A stretch of 64,000 nucleotides of DNA from a bacterium. Its GTDB lineage: Bacteria; Zhuqueibacterota; Zhuqueibacteria; Residuimicrobiales; Krinioviventaceae. This document shows, one piece after another, positions 46,520 through 56,903 of the stretch. The DNA lies in NCBI GenBank assembly GCA_963693055.1, contig OY843751.1, positions 896,001 to 960,000 of the forward strand. Direction: 5' to 3'. Each line of letters begins with the position of its first letter. The stretch's first letter is position 1. The position numbers and the translations under genes are program-made. Below the pieces are notes generated by a model. That model worked only from the letters and a program-made list of their open reading frames with translations. It did no database searches and was not told where the DNA came from.

Positions 46520-48133
46520 ATGAAGTTAGAGTTGATACGAAATATGAAAAGTCATTTAATATTATATACTGTATTGATACTGATTCTGGCGGCACTGATC
46601 AACAATGCCCAAGCTCAGCTCAAGGTGTTGGAGAGAAATCCCAATTATCTGACATACAATGGAGAGCCGTTATTGCTGGTTTGTTCTGTTCCTCCTGATA
46701 ATGATTTTCACGTAGAAGATTTTGATCTGACATATTTAGACAGAATGGCTGAATATGGTGCAAATCACGTTTGGATTATGATTGAAAACTTTACGCGTGA
46801 AAGATGGGATTATGCCATTAATACCCCACAGGTATTTTATGACAAGATGGAAGCAATTGTTGCGAAAGCATATGAATATGATATTATTGTGGGTATCTCA
46901 CTATTTGGATATGGACTTGTAAAGTATCCCTATATGTATTCATTTAATGCTGCCTGTACAGGTGACTGTGATGAAGGGCCCGGACCTTTGACTGATCCCT
47001 GGGATTTTTATGATATAACAAACAATTCGCCCGAAGTCATTGAAGCACGTGATGGTCAAAAAGCAATAATGAAACGTATTGTTGAAACTACGTGGGAATA
47101 TCCCAATGTGTATTACAGTCCCGGTTGGGAATTGAATTGTATCTGGAATAGTAATGTTGCTCTTTGGTACAAATGGGTTGTTCAATATATGAAATCCGAA
47201 GGTGAAAAGGTTAATCCTGATTATACACACTTGTTTGCTCTTGAAAAGAGTGTTGATCCTATAGAGGCATACAACCTGGGAGCAGATTTTATTATTGATG
47301 AAGATGGTAATTCTCAAAAAGTTGAAGGTATTCCATTTGTCTATTGGAGTATGGATGGTATTTACCGTGGCGAAACATTCTGGAATAAAGATGATGAACC
47401 ACAAGCCAATTTTGAATTTGCAAGAGATGAATTTGTGCGTGGAGCGGCTGGTATTGCTTCAATATGGAGCACCAGAGCCTATGAAGAAGAATACCTGAGT
47501 GCGATTGCATCCTGGGCATCTACTGTTGAAAATTGGTCGGATGAACCGGGGCAGGAAATCACCGATGAAGCAGTACCTACAACAATAGATGGTATCATGA
47601 ATGATATTCCCGGCGACCCGGATGTGTTGGATTTTACAGATTTTAGTTTATTTGAAATAACAGATATTACTTCTTCAACAGGCCACCCTTTTGTAGTAGA
47701 CAGAGCGATTTCTGTTGGAAATCTTTTTTATACCGACCGTGAATATGTAATAACTTATATACCACCTGATTTCAGGGGATTGGTTTGGTTAAAAACTCCC
47801 AATGATGATAAACGTATTTCAGCAGATCCATATCTTAGCTATCGGATTAATACAGAAGCTACCATTTTTGTTGGATTTGATACAAGAATGCCAACCCCGC
47901 CAGCCTGGCTTAATTCCTGGACATCTACAAATGAGTTTATTGTTGATGATACCGGTGTAGAGTATGAATTGTTTCGCAAAGATTATCCGGCAGGTGTTGT
48001 AGAATTGGGATCAAATGATGGCCTGGAAAGCAGCTGTAGTATGTATATTGTTTTACATAAACCGACAGGCGATATTGACCTTGTTGCACCAGGAATACCT
48101 TCAGGATTCACATTGACTCCCCTGTTTGATTAA
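46520..48133 (+). CDS. Secreted acidic glycoside-hydrolase-like protein with C-terminal beta domain
   Basis: ATG at 46520 after a GGAGA RBS; signal peptide (AQA|Q); NPNYLTYNGEPLLLV and PNVYYSPGWE resemble TIM-barrel GH-like families; C-terminal YTDREY...KTPNDDK...PAWL...AGVVELGSN module. Confidence 0.6.
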   Translation: MKLELIRNMKSHLILYTVLILILAALINNAQAQLKVLERNPNYLTYNGEPLLLVCSVPPDNDFHVEDFDLTYLDRMAEYGANHVWIMIENFTRERWDYAINTPQVFYDKMEAIVAKAYEYDIIVGISLFGYGLVKYPYMYSFNAACTGDCDEGPGPLTDPWDFYDITNNSPEVIEARDGQKAIMKRIVETTWEYPNVYYSPGWELNCIWNSNVALWYKWVVQYMKSEGEKVNPDYTHLFALEKSVDPIEAYNLGADFIIDEDGNSQKVEGIPFVYWSMDGIYRGETFWNKDDEPQANFEFARDEFVRGAAGIASIWSTRAYEEEYLSAIASWASTVENWSDEPGQEITDEAVPTTIDGIMNDIPGDPDVLDFTDFSLFEITDITSSTGHPFVVDRAISVGNLFYTDREYVITYIPPDFRGLVWLKTPNDDKRISADPYLSYRINTEATIFVGFDTRMPTPPAWLNSWTSTNEFIVDDTGVEYELFRKDYPAGVVELGSNDGLESSCSMYIVLHKPTGDIDLVAPGIPSGFTLTPLFD

Positions 48134-48142
48134 AATTATTGA

Positions 48143-48179
48143 AAACCACTCTTTTTAATGTTTTTAAAAATAGTGGTTT
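48143..48179 (+). terminator. Imperfect hairpin after the secreted-protein gene
   Basis: AAACCACT-C-TTTTTAA...TTAAAAA-T-AGTGGTTT. Confidence 0.45.
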
Positions 48180-48239
48180 AATTTTATTCAAAAAAATCTT
48201 ACCTTTATCTAAAAGATAAATAATCAATTAGGGATACGT

Positions 48240-49133
48240 ATGTTATCTCATATTCGAAATATATGGGAGAAAAACTGGCCTGAAATACATGCGGCATTGA
48301 AAAAAGGTATGCCGCAGTTTGTATTCTCTCCAAAACCCAAAGCTTTAGGCACAATGATTCCGGTATTTTGTTATCACACTGTTGAGCAAGAGCGGTTTCG
48401 AGGTGATCTGAACTTTCTTGCTAAAAATGGCTATGTTACCATAGATGTCAATACATTACATTCTCATATTTCAGGAGTTGATCTCGCTCCCCAAAACAGT
48501 GTTGTTATCACTTTTGATGATGGTGCTCAAAATCTTCATGATGTTGCCCTGCCATTATTAAAAGAATTTGAAATGACTTCAATAGTATTTATTGCACCGG
48601 GTTTGCATCCTGAAAAAGATGAAACGCAAGCCCCGGTCCGCCCCCTTAGTTGGGAAGCCATGCGGATTATGCAGAATTCCGGGCATTTTGATTTTCAATC
48701 CCATACGCTTGAACATCGTTATGTACCTCGTTGGCCTGAGCTAATACCCTTAGCCGGAGCTGAACCCGGTTATGTACAGAAACGAGCCGGTAAACCCCTT
48801 CCTATGGAAGAAGATTTCAAGCGGGCTAAGAAAATGATAGAAGAACATTTGGAAAAACCCGTAAACCACCTGGCATTTCCCAAGTTTTTTGGTACAGCTA
48901 ATGCTGTTATGATGGGAAAACATATCGGATATGAAGGTTTCTGGTGGGGTGCTTTACCTTACCGTCCCATGAATGCTTTTGGCAGCGGTTCTGAACATAT
49001 TGTTCGTCTAGAGGCGCAGTTTCTAAGGCGAATGCAGGGAGAGGGACGCGAGACATTGGCAATTGTTTTATTTAAAAGATATGCCTCAAGTTTGTTACGT
49101 CTGTTTAGTGTTTTTAAAGGGAAAAAGAAATGA
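48240..49133 (+). CDS. Polysaccharide deacetylase (NodB-like)
   Basis: PVFCYH, ITFDDG, QSHTLEH and LAFP motifs. Confidence 0.88.
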   Translation: MLSHIRNIWEKNWPEIHAALKKGMPQFVFSPKPKALGTMIPVFCYHTVEQERFRGDLNFLAKNGYVTIDVNTLHSHISGVDLAPQNSVVITFDDGAQNLHDVALPLLKEFEMTSIVFIAPGLHPEKDETQAPVRPLSWEAMRIMQNSGHFDFQSHTLEHRYVPRWPELIPLAGAEPGYVQKRAGKPLPMEEDFKRAKKMIEEHLEKPVNHLAFPKFFGTANAVMMGKHIGYEGFWWGALPYRPMNAFGSGSEHIVRLEAQFLRRMQGEGRETLAIVLFKRYASSLLRLFSVFKGKKK

Positions 49134-49591
49134 CTTTAAAACAGCAATGGACAGAATTAAAAAGATGGATGGCCGTTTATTGTCCTCATCCCGCTTTACG
49201 GACCAGATTATTTCGACAATGCGGTGTGAAAATTGGTGATCAGGTTGTAATAAATTTTGGTGTTAATATAATCATTCCAATGTCTGAAAAAGGGGTGAAA
49301 GAACATAGTATTGTGATTGGAGACCGGGTAGCTATTGCAACCGGTGTGGTGATTGTGGGGCAATCTGATCCTAATTTTTCGAAATTGTCACGTTTATATC
49401 CGGATGACAGCCGCCCTATAGTTATAGAAGATGATGTTTGGATTGGTGCTAATGCTGTAATATTACCGGGGGTTACAATTGGAACTCAATCCATTATTGC
49501 TTCCGGCGCTGTTGTGAACCGGGATGTTCCACCGTATACTATAGTTGCCGGTGTTCCCGCTAAAAAAATCAAAGACATTCCCAAAGATTGA
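49130..49591 (+). CDS. Hexapeptide-repeat acyltransferase
   Basis: [20 protein letters not shown]...AGVPAK. Confidence 0.9.
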   Translation: MTLKQQWTELKRWMAVYCPHPALRTRLFRQCGVKIGDQVVINFGVNIIIPMSEKGVKEHSIVIGDRVAIATGVVIVGQSDPNFSKLSRLYPDDSRPIVIEDDVWIGANAVILPGVTIGTQSIIASGAVVNRDVPPYTIVAGVPAKKIKDIPKD

Positions 49592-49605
49592 CCAAATAAA
49601 ATTAT

Positions 49606-50748
49606 ATGAATATCGGACAACCATTAAAAATTAAAGTAATAGATACAGAACAGGGATTTCTTGATCTTAAAGCAGATTGGGAAAACCTTGAAAACCATGT
49701 ACAGGATCTGACTATCTTTCAAACCTGGGTCTTTCAATATTATACATGGAAAATTTTTGAGAACCAATCCTATTTGTATATTCTGGCAATGTATAATGAA
49801 AACAATGAACTTGTTGGATGTGTCCCCCTGGGATGGCAAAAACAACATATTGGGCCAATATCTTTCAAGAGCTTGAGTTTTGCATGTTTAAAATATGTTG
49901 ATTTTCAGAACATTATTGCCCATTCCGGGTATCAAGAAGAGGTTGTCCAACAGTTTACCCAATGGCTTGTGCAGAACCGAAAACAATGGGATGACATTGA
50001 ACTACGGTTGGTACGTGAGGACTTTGTATTATATTCAAAACGTGACACATTAATTCAAACCTTTGGGAATGATGTAAGCATCATCAGTGAAGGTATTGCT
50101 CCTTTTATTACCATTGACGAATCCTGGGATGATTTTCAAAGCACCTTGTCCGGGAAACGTGCAAAATCTGTTCGGTATGAGATCCGAAACTTGTTTAGAC
50201 AGTTTGAGAGTGAATATGTGCACCACTCAAAGGGCGAAGAGCTGATAAAAGCGCTTGTACAGTTTATGGATTTACACCAAAAACGAATTCATCAGAAATA
50301 CCAGTTGGGAGCTTTTCCAACACCGCAGATTCGGCAAGGATTTACAAATCTGATCAAAGCACTTGAACAATATGATTACATAGATATACATACCATACAA
50401 TCATCGGAAAAGACTATTGCCGCCATTGGTACATTTACCCACAAAAATAAAGTATCATATTTCCAGGGTGGATTTGATCCCGATTACTTTAAATTGAGTC
50501 CCGGCAAGGTGGTGTTGGCTTTGAGAATAACTGAAGCCATACAACAGAAAAAGAACGAATTTGATTTTCTGGTGGGTGATGAAGATTATAAATTTGCCTG
50601 GTCTACCGGGCAGAGAGAGATTTTTAAAATTCACATCAAAACCGGATCCTGGAAGCAGGGATTCTATAGCCAGATGAATGATTTTAAAGCAAGACTTGAG
50701 CAATCTATCCGTTTTAGAAAGCTATATTTCAAATTGACCGGTAAATAA
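49606..50748 (+). CDS. GNAT-family acyltransferase (CelD/BcsL-like)
   Basis: FQTW; YFQGGFDPDY..LSPG; FDFLVGDEDYKF.W motifs. Confidence 0.85.
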   Translation: MNIGQPLKIKVIDTEQGFLDLKADWENLENHVQDLTIFQTWVFQYYTWKIFENQSYLYILAMYNENNELVGCVPLGWQKQHIGPISFKSLSFACLKYVDFQNIIAHSGYQEEVVQQFTQWLVQNRKQWDDIELRLVREDFVLYSKRDTLIQTFGNDVSIISEGIAPFITIDESWDDFQSTLSGKRAKSVRYEIRNLFRQFESEYVHHSKGEELIKALVQFMDLHQKRIHQKYQLGAFPTPQIRQGFTNLIKALEQYDYIDIHTIQSSEKTIAAIGTFTHKNKVSYFQGGFDPDYFKLSPGKVVLALRITEAIQQKKNEFDFLVGDEDYKFAWSTGQREIFKIHIKTGSWKQGFYSQMNDFKARLEQSIRFRKLYFKLTGK

Positions 50749-50838
50749 ATAATATTATGCAAATATATATTGATTCTGTAGTAAATATATATTAACTTAA
50801 CATCTTTTAAACATTAGAGCTTAACTAAAGTTGGATAT

Positions 50839-51810
50839 TTGATTATGAAAGAAGGTATTTCCGTAGTAATACCTGCATACAATGAACAAGATGGTATAGA
50901 ACAGGTTGTACACGATCTTAAAACAATTCTGGATCCTGTTGACATCGAGTATGAGATTATTATTGTAGATGATGGTTCAGTAGACAAGACCGTAGAAAAA
51001 GCCCTGTCTACAGGTGTGACAGTAATTGAGCAGTTGAAAAATCGCGGTTATGGTGCATCTCTAAAGCTCGGCATTCAGTATGCAAACTATGAGTTGATTG
51101 TCATTACTGATGCAGACAATACCTATCCTGCTGAATTTATACCTGAAATGTTGAAATACATAGATGAAGCGGATATGGTTGTAGGCTCCAGAAAAGGTGA
51201 AAAGGTTGCTATACCTTTGGTAAGGCGTCCCGCAAAATGGATGCTGCGCAAGCTGGCAAGCTATGTGACAGGCGAACACATTCCTGATTTGAACTCCGGA
51301 TTACGGATATTTCGTCGTGATTTGATTATGCAATATTTTAACATCTTGTCTGATCGATTTTCTTTTACCACCACCTCTACAGTTTCTTTTTTGAGTGATG
51401 GATACAAGATTAAATATGTACCCATCAACTATCATCACCGTTCAGGTAAATCAAAGATTGTTCCTTGGAATTTTATAGAATTTATCAACCTGGTAATTCG
51501 GCTGTCCATGTTGTTTAATCCTTTAAAGATATTTATCCCTGCGTCTCTTTTTACTTTGGGTCTGGGATTTGTAAAATTTGTTTTTGATGTTATTTGGGCC
51601 ATTGAAGAAGCAAATGGATTCACCTTGTCTTTTTTTACAAGCAAGGTGATTTCGTCAAGTGTTATGGTGCTCTGGTTTTCAGGATTACAAATTCTGTTAA
51701 TTGGTATGATGGCTGATGGTATTAACCGGAAAATAGCACAATACAGTACACCCAAAATTAAATCAAAACACCGGCAAACTGTCAAGATCCACAACGCTGT
51801 TCAAAAATAG
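50839..51810 (+). CDS. GT2, polyprenol-phosphate glycosyltransferase-like
   Basis: VIPAYNE, VDDGS, TDAD, DLNSGLR and FSFTTT motifs; two C-terminal TMs. Confidence 0.9.
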   Translation: MIMKEGISVVIPAYNEQDGIEQVVHDLKTILDPVDIEYEIIIVDDGSVDKTVEKALSTGVTVIEQLKNRGYGASLKLGIQYANYELIVITDADNTYPAEFIPEMLKYIDEADMVVGSRKGEKVAIPLVRRPAKWMLRKLASYVTGEHIPDLNSGLRIFRRDLIMQYFNILSDRFSFTTTSTVSFLSDGYKIKYVPINYHHRSGKSKIVPWNFIEFINLVIRLSMLFNPLKIFIPASLFTLGLGFVKFVFDVIWAIEEANGFTLSFFTSKVISSSVMVLWFSGLQILLIGMMADGINRKIAQYSTPKIKSKHRQTVKIHNAVQK

Positions 51811-51816
51811 ATTATA

Positions 51817-51846
51817 AAAAGCATGTCATTTACCAGACATGCTTTT
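51817..51846 (+). terminator. Rho-independent terminator
   Basis: AAAAGCATGTC-ATTTACCA-GACATGCTTTT. Confidence 0.7.
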
Positions 51847-51908
51847 ATGTTTAGCAAAAGCTTCCGGTACGCAAAAAAGTACGGGCGAAGGTATTCATAA
51901 CATAAAAA

Positions 51909-52943
51909 ATGAAAACACATAAACCATTTAAAAGAATAATCTGGCTGTTTGTTAAGATAGCCATTTCCATAACTGCTGTAGTCTGGTTCGCTTCAACAGT
52001 CAACTGGCAGGAAGTGTTATCCGCTTTAAAGCAGGTAGACTATGTTGTGTTAACGGTTGCTTTTTTTGTGTTCCTGTTGCGAATGCTGCCCTGTTCTTTA
52101 CGTTGGGTGCATGTTGGAAAAACCAGCGGGTATCATATGACCTTGTGGGAAGCATTGCATGGATATATGGCGGGTGGATTTTTTAATACTTTTTTACCCA
52201 GCGGCAGAGGTGGCGATGCGGCGCGGGCAATTATTATTGCTCGATATAAGAAATGCTCGCTTGGCGGATTGATGGGAACAATCCTTTTGGAACGTTTTGC
52301 CGGTTTAATTATCACTGTGGCAATTGCCTTGGCGGCCAGCTTTATTGCCTCTGCTCATATTGAAGCATTGCGCAATGCCTTGCCGGGCATGCTGGTATTG
52401 ACATTGTTACTTGTTGCTGCAGGTATAGTGCTTTTGACTCCGTTTTTCCGCAGTTTGTTCCTCAAAATAACAGACAAAATGCCATTTCAAAAAGTGTGGA
52501 AAGCGGTTGACGATATGCTGGTGGTGTTTCAGGGATATAGAAAACGTCCTGGTGCTTTGAGCGGGGTTGCTATATATTCTTTGTTAAACCAGATCGTTTT
52601 TATTACCGCGGGATATTTGGCAGCGCGATCAATTGCAGGATTTGAAGCCCCCTGGTACAGTTTTGCGATTGTTGTTCCTTTGGTATTTATTGCGGAATTG
52701 ATACCCTCAATTGGTGGTTATGGTATACGCGAAGCAAGTTTTGTTGTTTTCTTTGGCTGGTTTGGTGTACAGCCCGAAAGTGCGGTTGTTTATGGAATAT
52801 TGCAGCTGATCTTTATGTGGGTTTCGGCTTTGATAGGTGTTGTGTTTTTTGTTGCAGGCCTGCCCGGCTCAAAATCCAGTGTAGATGATATTCAACATGT
52901 TGAAAATAAAGAACTCGAGTTGGAAACGAATGAATACAAATAG
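51909..52943 (+). CDS. Second LPG-synthase TM (flippase-like) protein
   Basis: RW, FFNTFLPSGRGGDAAR, ER and IPSIGGYGIREA motifs. Confidence 0.85.
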   Translation: MKTHKPFKRIIWLFVKIAISITAVVWFASTVNWQEVLSALKQVDYVVLTVAFFVFLLRMLPCSLRWVHVGKTSGYHMTLWEALHGYMAGGFFNTFLPSGRGGDAARAIIIARYKKCSLGGLMGTILLERFAGLIITVAIALAASFIASAHIEALRNALPGMLVLTLLLVAAGIVLLTPFFRSLFLKITDKMPFQKVWKAVDDMLVVFQGYRKRPGALSGVAIYSLLNQIVFITAGYLAARSIAGFEAPWYSFAIVVPLVFIAELIPSIGGYGIREASFVVFFGWFGVQPESAVVYGILQLIFMWVSALIGVVFFVAGLPGSKSSVDDIQHVENKELELETNEYK

Positions 52944-54378
52944 TGAAAAAAATATATATATACTGGGTGCAGGCCCTGCAGGCCTAGCGCTCGCAATGAG
53001 GCTGCTCAAGCGTAATGTTGCAGATTGGAAAGTTACCGTAATAGAACAAAAACCTTATGTTGGTGGAATTGCGGCCAGTTTCAAGGAAGAAGGCTTGTAT
53101 ATGGATTATGGCAGTCACCGGCTGCATCCTGCAACCTCACCCGAGATTATGGCAGAGCTGAAATCCTTGCTGGGTGACGATTTAAAATTACGCCCCCGAA
53201 ATGGCAGAATCCGTTTAATGGGCAAGTTTGTTAAATTTCCACTGAATCCTGTAGACTTGATGCTGCACATGCCGCCGCGTTTTTTCATCGGTATGCTCAA
53301 AGATATGTTGACTAAACCGTTTCGCAAGAAAAAACAACAGCCCGAAAATTTTGCTGATGTTTTGATGGATGGTTTGGGACCCACGGTATGTAATTCATTT
53401 TATTTCCCTTATGCAAAAAAGTTATGGGGCTTGGAACCGGAAGAGATTTCCATCATCCAGGCACAACGCCGTGTTGCGGCAAACAGTGTTGGCAAAATTT
53501 TGATAAAGATTATCTCGTTGCTCCCTGGAATCAAAAAAGGTGAGGCGGGCAAATTTTATTATCCGCTTCAGGGATTTGGAGAGATCAGCGAAAAACTTGC
53601 AGACAAGGTGAGGGAACTGGGTGGAGAGATATTGCTTTCCACATCAGTAAAAGAAATTAAAATTGGAAAAGACGCTAAGAACAAACTCCTTTTGGAAAAA
53701 GTGGATGGTACAGAAAAATCTGAGAGCTGGCAAGAAAGTGATTTTATTTTTTCCTCCATACCGCTTACTGTGTTGGGCAGATTGATCAAACCCGAAGCAA
53801 GTGCAGAGATTGGGAATGCTGCTTCGAAACTAAAGTTTCGCAGTATGGTACTGCATTATTTGTTTTTGGAAACAGACCAGTTTACTCCCTATGACGCGCA
53901 TTATGTTCCGGAATCAGGTGTGTATATTTCAAGAATCTCGGAACATCGTAATTACAGTGACGTATCGGAGCCCAAAGGTGTTACCGGAATTTGCAGCGAA
54001 ATTCCCTGTCAGGTGGGTGATGATCTTTGGAACATGCCGGATGAAACATTGACCCAACAGGTTGTTAAAGAATTTGAAACTATTGGTTTACCGGTATCTC
54101 AAAAAATCCGTAAAGCATTTACAAAAAAATTGCCTTTTGTTTATCCTGTATATGACCGTAATTTTGAGCTCGCTTTTGAAAAGCTGGATGCATTTGTATC
54201 ACAGCAACCGGGTTTAATATCGCTTGGGAGGCAAGGGCTGTTTGCGCATGATAATACTCATCATACCATAGAGACTGCAAATGCGGCCTGTGACTGTCTG
54301 GCTGATGATATGAAATGGGACCATGTTTTGTGGCAGCAGCATCGTGAAGAATTTGAAAGGCATGTTGTTGAAGATTGA
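52930..54378 (+). CDS. FAD-dependent oxidoreductase (UDP-galactopyranose mutase/protoporphyrinogen-oxidase-like)
   Basis: GAGPAG, DYGSHR, FYYPLQG, YPVY and GRQGLFAHDNTHH motifs; start taken at ATG 52930. Confidence 0.8.
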   Translation: MNTNSEKNIYILGAGPAGLALAMRLLKRNVADWKVTVIEQKPYVGGIAASFKEEGLYMDYGSHRLHPATSPEIMAELKSLLGDDLKLRPRNGRIRLMGKFVKFPLNPVDLMLHMPPRFFIGMLKDMLTKPFRKKKQQPENFADVLMDGLGPTVCNSFYFPYAKKLWGLEPEEISIIQAQRRVAANSVGKILIKIISLLPGIKKGEAGKFYYPLQGFGEISEKLADKVRELGGEILLSTSVKEIKIGKDAKNKLLLEKVDGTEKSESWQESDFIFSSIPLTVLGRLIKPEASAEIGNAASKLKFRSMVLHYLFLETDQFTPYDAHYVPESGVYISRISEHRNYSDVSEPKGVTGICSEIPCQVGDDLWNMPDETLTQQVVKEFETIGLPVSQKIRKAFTKKLPFVYPVYDRNFELAFEKLDAFVSQQPGLISLGRQGLFAHDNTHHTIETANAACDCLADDMKWDHVLWQQHREEFERHVVED

Positions 54379-54454
54379 TTTTGTTCGATTTACGCAATAA
54401 ATTGAAATGGATGTATTAATAGTACTTGATAGATAGGATTAAGAATATAGATAT

Positions 54455-55000
54455 ATGGCATCACCTGTAGGACACGCGCTTGGCGGAGTATTGGTATACG
54501 CCCTGGACCGGAAGCGGAAATTTAATATCCCTGTTTTTCTAGTGGCTATTCTTTTGGCCGGCTTACCGGATATAGATTTTTTATTTGGTTATGTTATTGG
54601 TCAACCGAATAAATATCACCATGGTTTTACACACAGTTTTGTCTTTGTAATCATTGCCGGTTTAATTGCTGCCCTGATTATGGGACGCAAAAGCAAAAAA
54701 CAATTCTGGTCTTTGAGTGGGCTCTTTGTTGGCTCTGGTGTGAGTCATATAATTTTGGACAGTATTGCCAAAGATACAAGTCCGCCTTTTGGGTCACCTG
54801 TTTTCTGGCCTTTTACAGACAGGTATTTCATTTTTCCGGTTGAGGTGCTTTCTGATATACACCGAGCTTCTGATTCAACCGGCTTTATAAAAAGTCTGTT
54901 TTCAATGCACAACATGATGAGCGTAGGCAGAGAGTTGTTGATCCTTTTGCCTATTATATTATTAGTAATAATTTTAAATAAACGATATCGTACTAAATGA
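54455..55000 (+). CDS. Membrane metal-dependent hydrolase (YdjM-like)
   Basis: GH, LPDID, HHGFTHS, SHIILD and FWP motifs. Confidence 0.85.
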   Translation: MASPVGHALGGVLVYALDRKRKFNIPVFLVAILLAGLPDIDFLFGYVIGQPNKYHHGFTHSFVFVIIAGLIAALIMGRKSKKQFWSLSGLFVGSGVSHIILDSIAKDTSPPFGSPVFWPFTDRYFIFPVEVLSDIHRASDSTGFIKSLFSMHNMMSVGRELLILLPIILLVIILNKRYRTK

Positions 55001-55959
55001 GTGAATCCGTAAATACACAAAATATGAATCCTTACCTTTCTGTTGTAGTTCCTTTTTATAATGAAGAGGAAAATGCAGAAAGACTGTGGAATATCATCAA
55101 AGAAGTACTTGATGGTACCGGCAAGTCTTTTGAAGTCATCTTTGTGGATGACGGCAGTTCTGATGAAACCCGTAACATTCTACGTCGTTTAGCTCAAGAG
55201 AATAAAGAACTGCGGGTGATTTTATTTCGGGCCAATTTTGGTCAATCTGCTGCAATGGCTGCGGGATTCAAAGCAACACGCGGCGAGATCGTTGTGGCTA
55301 TGGATGGAGATCTGCAAAATGATCCCCGGGACATACCGGTTCTGCTGAAGCGCCTGGATGAAGGATTCGATGTAGTCAGCGGTTGGCGCAAGAACCGTAA
55401 AGACAAACTGATCATGCGGAAAATCCCATCCAAGATTGCAAACCGGATTATTTGTTCTGTAACCAATGTAAAGTTGCATGATACGGGTTGTTCGTTAAAA
55501 GCCTTTCGCGGAGACATGCTTCGCAGTATTTCTCTGTATGGCGAACTGCACCGGTTTATACCGGCGCTTTTGCGCATGGAAGGTGCAAATATCAATGAAA
55601 TACCGGTTCGGCACCATCCACGTCAATATGGACAATCCAAATACAATATTACCCGTACATTTCGGGTGATTATGGATCTGACCACAATTCGTATGCTGAT
55701 GAAACATTTGGAAAATCCGGTACGCTTTTTTGCGGGATTTGCCTGGTTGTGTTTCTGGTCAGGCTTTGCGGTATTGTTGTTTGGTTCGTATCATTTGTTG
55801 TTTCGACATGTGGATATAATAAATTTAAATATTCCCATTACTTTGATCGTTCTGTTCTGGGCAACGGCTTTTCAGTTCCTCTGTTATGGGCTGGTAGGCA
55901 AGTTGGTGGTTAACACCGGGTCTCGGAAGAAATTTGAATATAAAGAGAAGGTGCAATGA
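54997..55959 (+). CDS. GT2, ArnC/GtrB-like polyprenol-phosphate glycosyltransferase
   Basis: PFYNEE, VDDGS, NFGQSAA, MDGDLQNDP, HDTGCSLK and HRFIP motifs; two C-terminal TMs. Confidence 0.92.
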   Translation: MSESVNTQNMNPYLSVVVPFYNEEENAERLWNIIKEVLDGTGKSFEVIFVDDGSSDETRNILRRLAQENKELRVILFRANFGQSAAMAAGFKATRGEIVVAMDGDLQNDPRDIPVLLKRLDEGFDVVSGWRKNRKDKLIMRKIPSKIANRIICSVTNVKLHDTGCSLKAFRGDMLRSISLYGELHRFIPALLRMEGANINEIPVRHHPRQYGQSKYNITRTFRVIMDLTTIRMLMKHLENPVRFFAGFAWLCFWSGFAVLLFGSYHLLFRHVDIINLNIPITLIVLFWATAFQFLCYGLVGKLVVNTGSRKKFEYKEKVQ

Positions 55960-56903
55960 GTCAATCGATTAAATCATCACGTATTTCCGTAATTGTTGCG
56001 GTTTTTAATCAGGAAGCATACCTGCCAGAATTACACGGCCAGCTTGTGCAGACGTTTTCAGAACATATTGATGATTATGAGCTGATCTATGTTGATGATG
56101 GCAGCAAAGACAACTCCTGGCAAGTCATAACTGATCTGCCAGCGCAGGATGTAATTGTTAAACGGGTTAAACTACGAACTTCTTTTGGTGAATCTGCAGT
56201 GCTAGATGCCGGAATCAAGGCGGCAGAAGGAGAGCAAATATTGTATTTCACATGCCGTGTGCGTAGCAATCCTAAGGACTTGTTGAAATTGCTGGGTAGA
56301 CTGGACGAAGGAAATGATGTGGTTATGGGCTTGCGTGAACCCCGCAGAGATTCCAAACTGAATCAGTTTGTATCCAAATTGTTCAACTCTATGACCAATC
56401 GTATGACCCATGTGGGCCTGAATGATATAAACAGTGGTGTTATGGCTCTGCATCGCGGCGTTTTAGAGCATGTACCGTTTTATGGCTCATTGAATGCATT
56501 TATTCCGGTATTGGCCCACCGCCAGGGATACAAGGTAGTTGAAGAACCCATTGAACAGCTTCCCGGTCAATTTGAACAATCATTGTATCCCAAGAATTAT
56601 ATCAAACGCTTGCTTGATTTTCTCAGTGTTATTTTTATCAGCAAGTACTCTAAAAAGCCGTTGCACTTTTTAGGCTTTATGGGTGCTATTTTTACATTGA
56701 TTGGCGCTATTATCAATATCTATTTATTTATTTATCGTATTTTAGGTGTGGGCCCCATTGCCGGACGTCCCATGCTTTTACTGGGTGTGCTTATGTTTAT
56801 CATTGGTATTCAGTTGATCTCTATAGGTCTGCTGGGCGAAATGATCATTTACACCCATGCTAATGAAATTGAAGACTATAACATTGAAGAGATCATTGAA
56901 TAA
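55956..56903 (+). CDS. GT2, ArnC/GtrB-like paralogue with degenerate DxD
   Basis: VDDGS, SFGESA, RPMLLLG and GLLGE retained; the DGDLQ position reads TCRVR. Confidence 0.85.
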   Translation: MSQSIKSSRISVIVAVFNQEAYLPELHGQLVQTFSEHIDDYELIYVDDGSKDNSWQVITDLPAQDVIVKRVKLRTSFGESAVLDAGIKAAEGEQILYFTCRVRSNPKDLLKLLGRLDEGNDVVMGLREPRRDSKLNQFVSKLFNSMTNRMTHVGLNDINSGVMALHRGVLEHVPFYGSLNAFIPVLAHRQGYKVVEEPIEQLPGQFEQSLYPKNYIKRLLDFLSVIFISKYSKKPLHFLGFMGAIFTLIGAIINIYLFIYRILGVGPIAGRPMLLLGVLMFIIGIQLISIGLLGEMIIYTHANEIEDYNIEEIIE

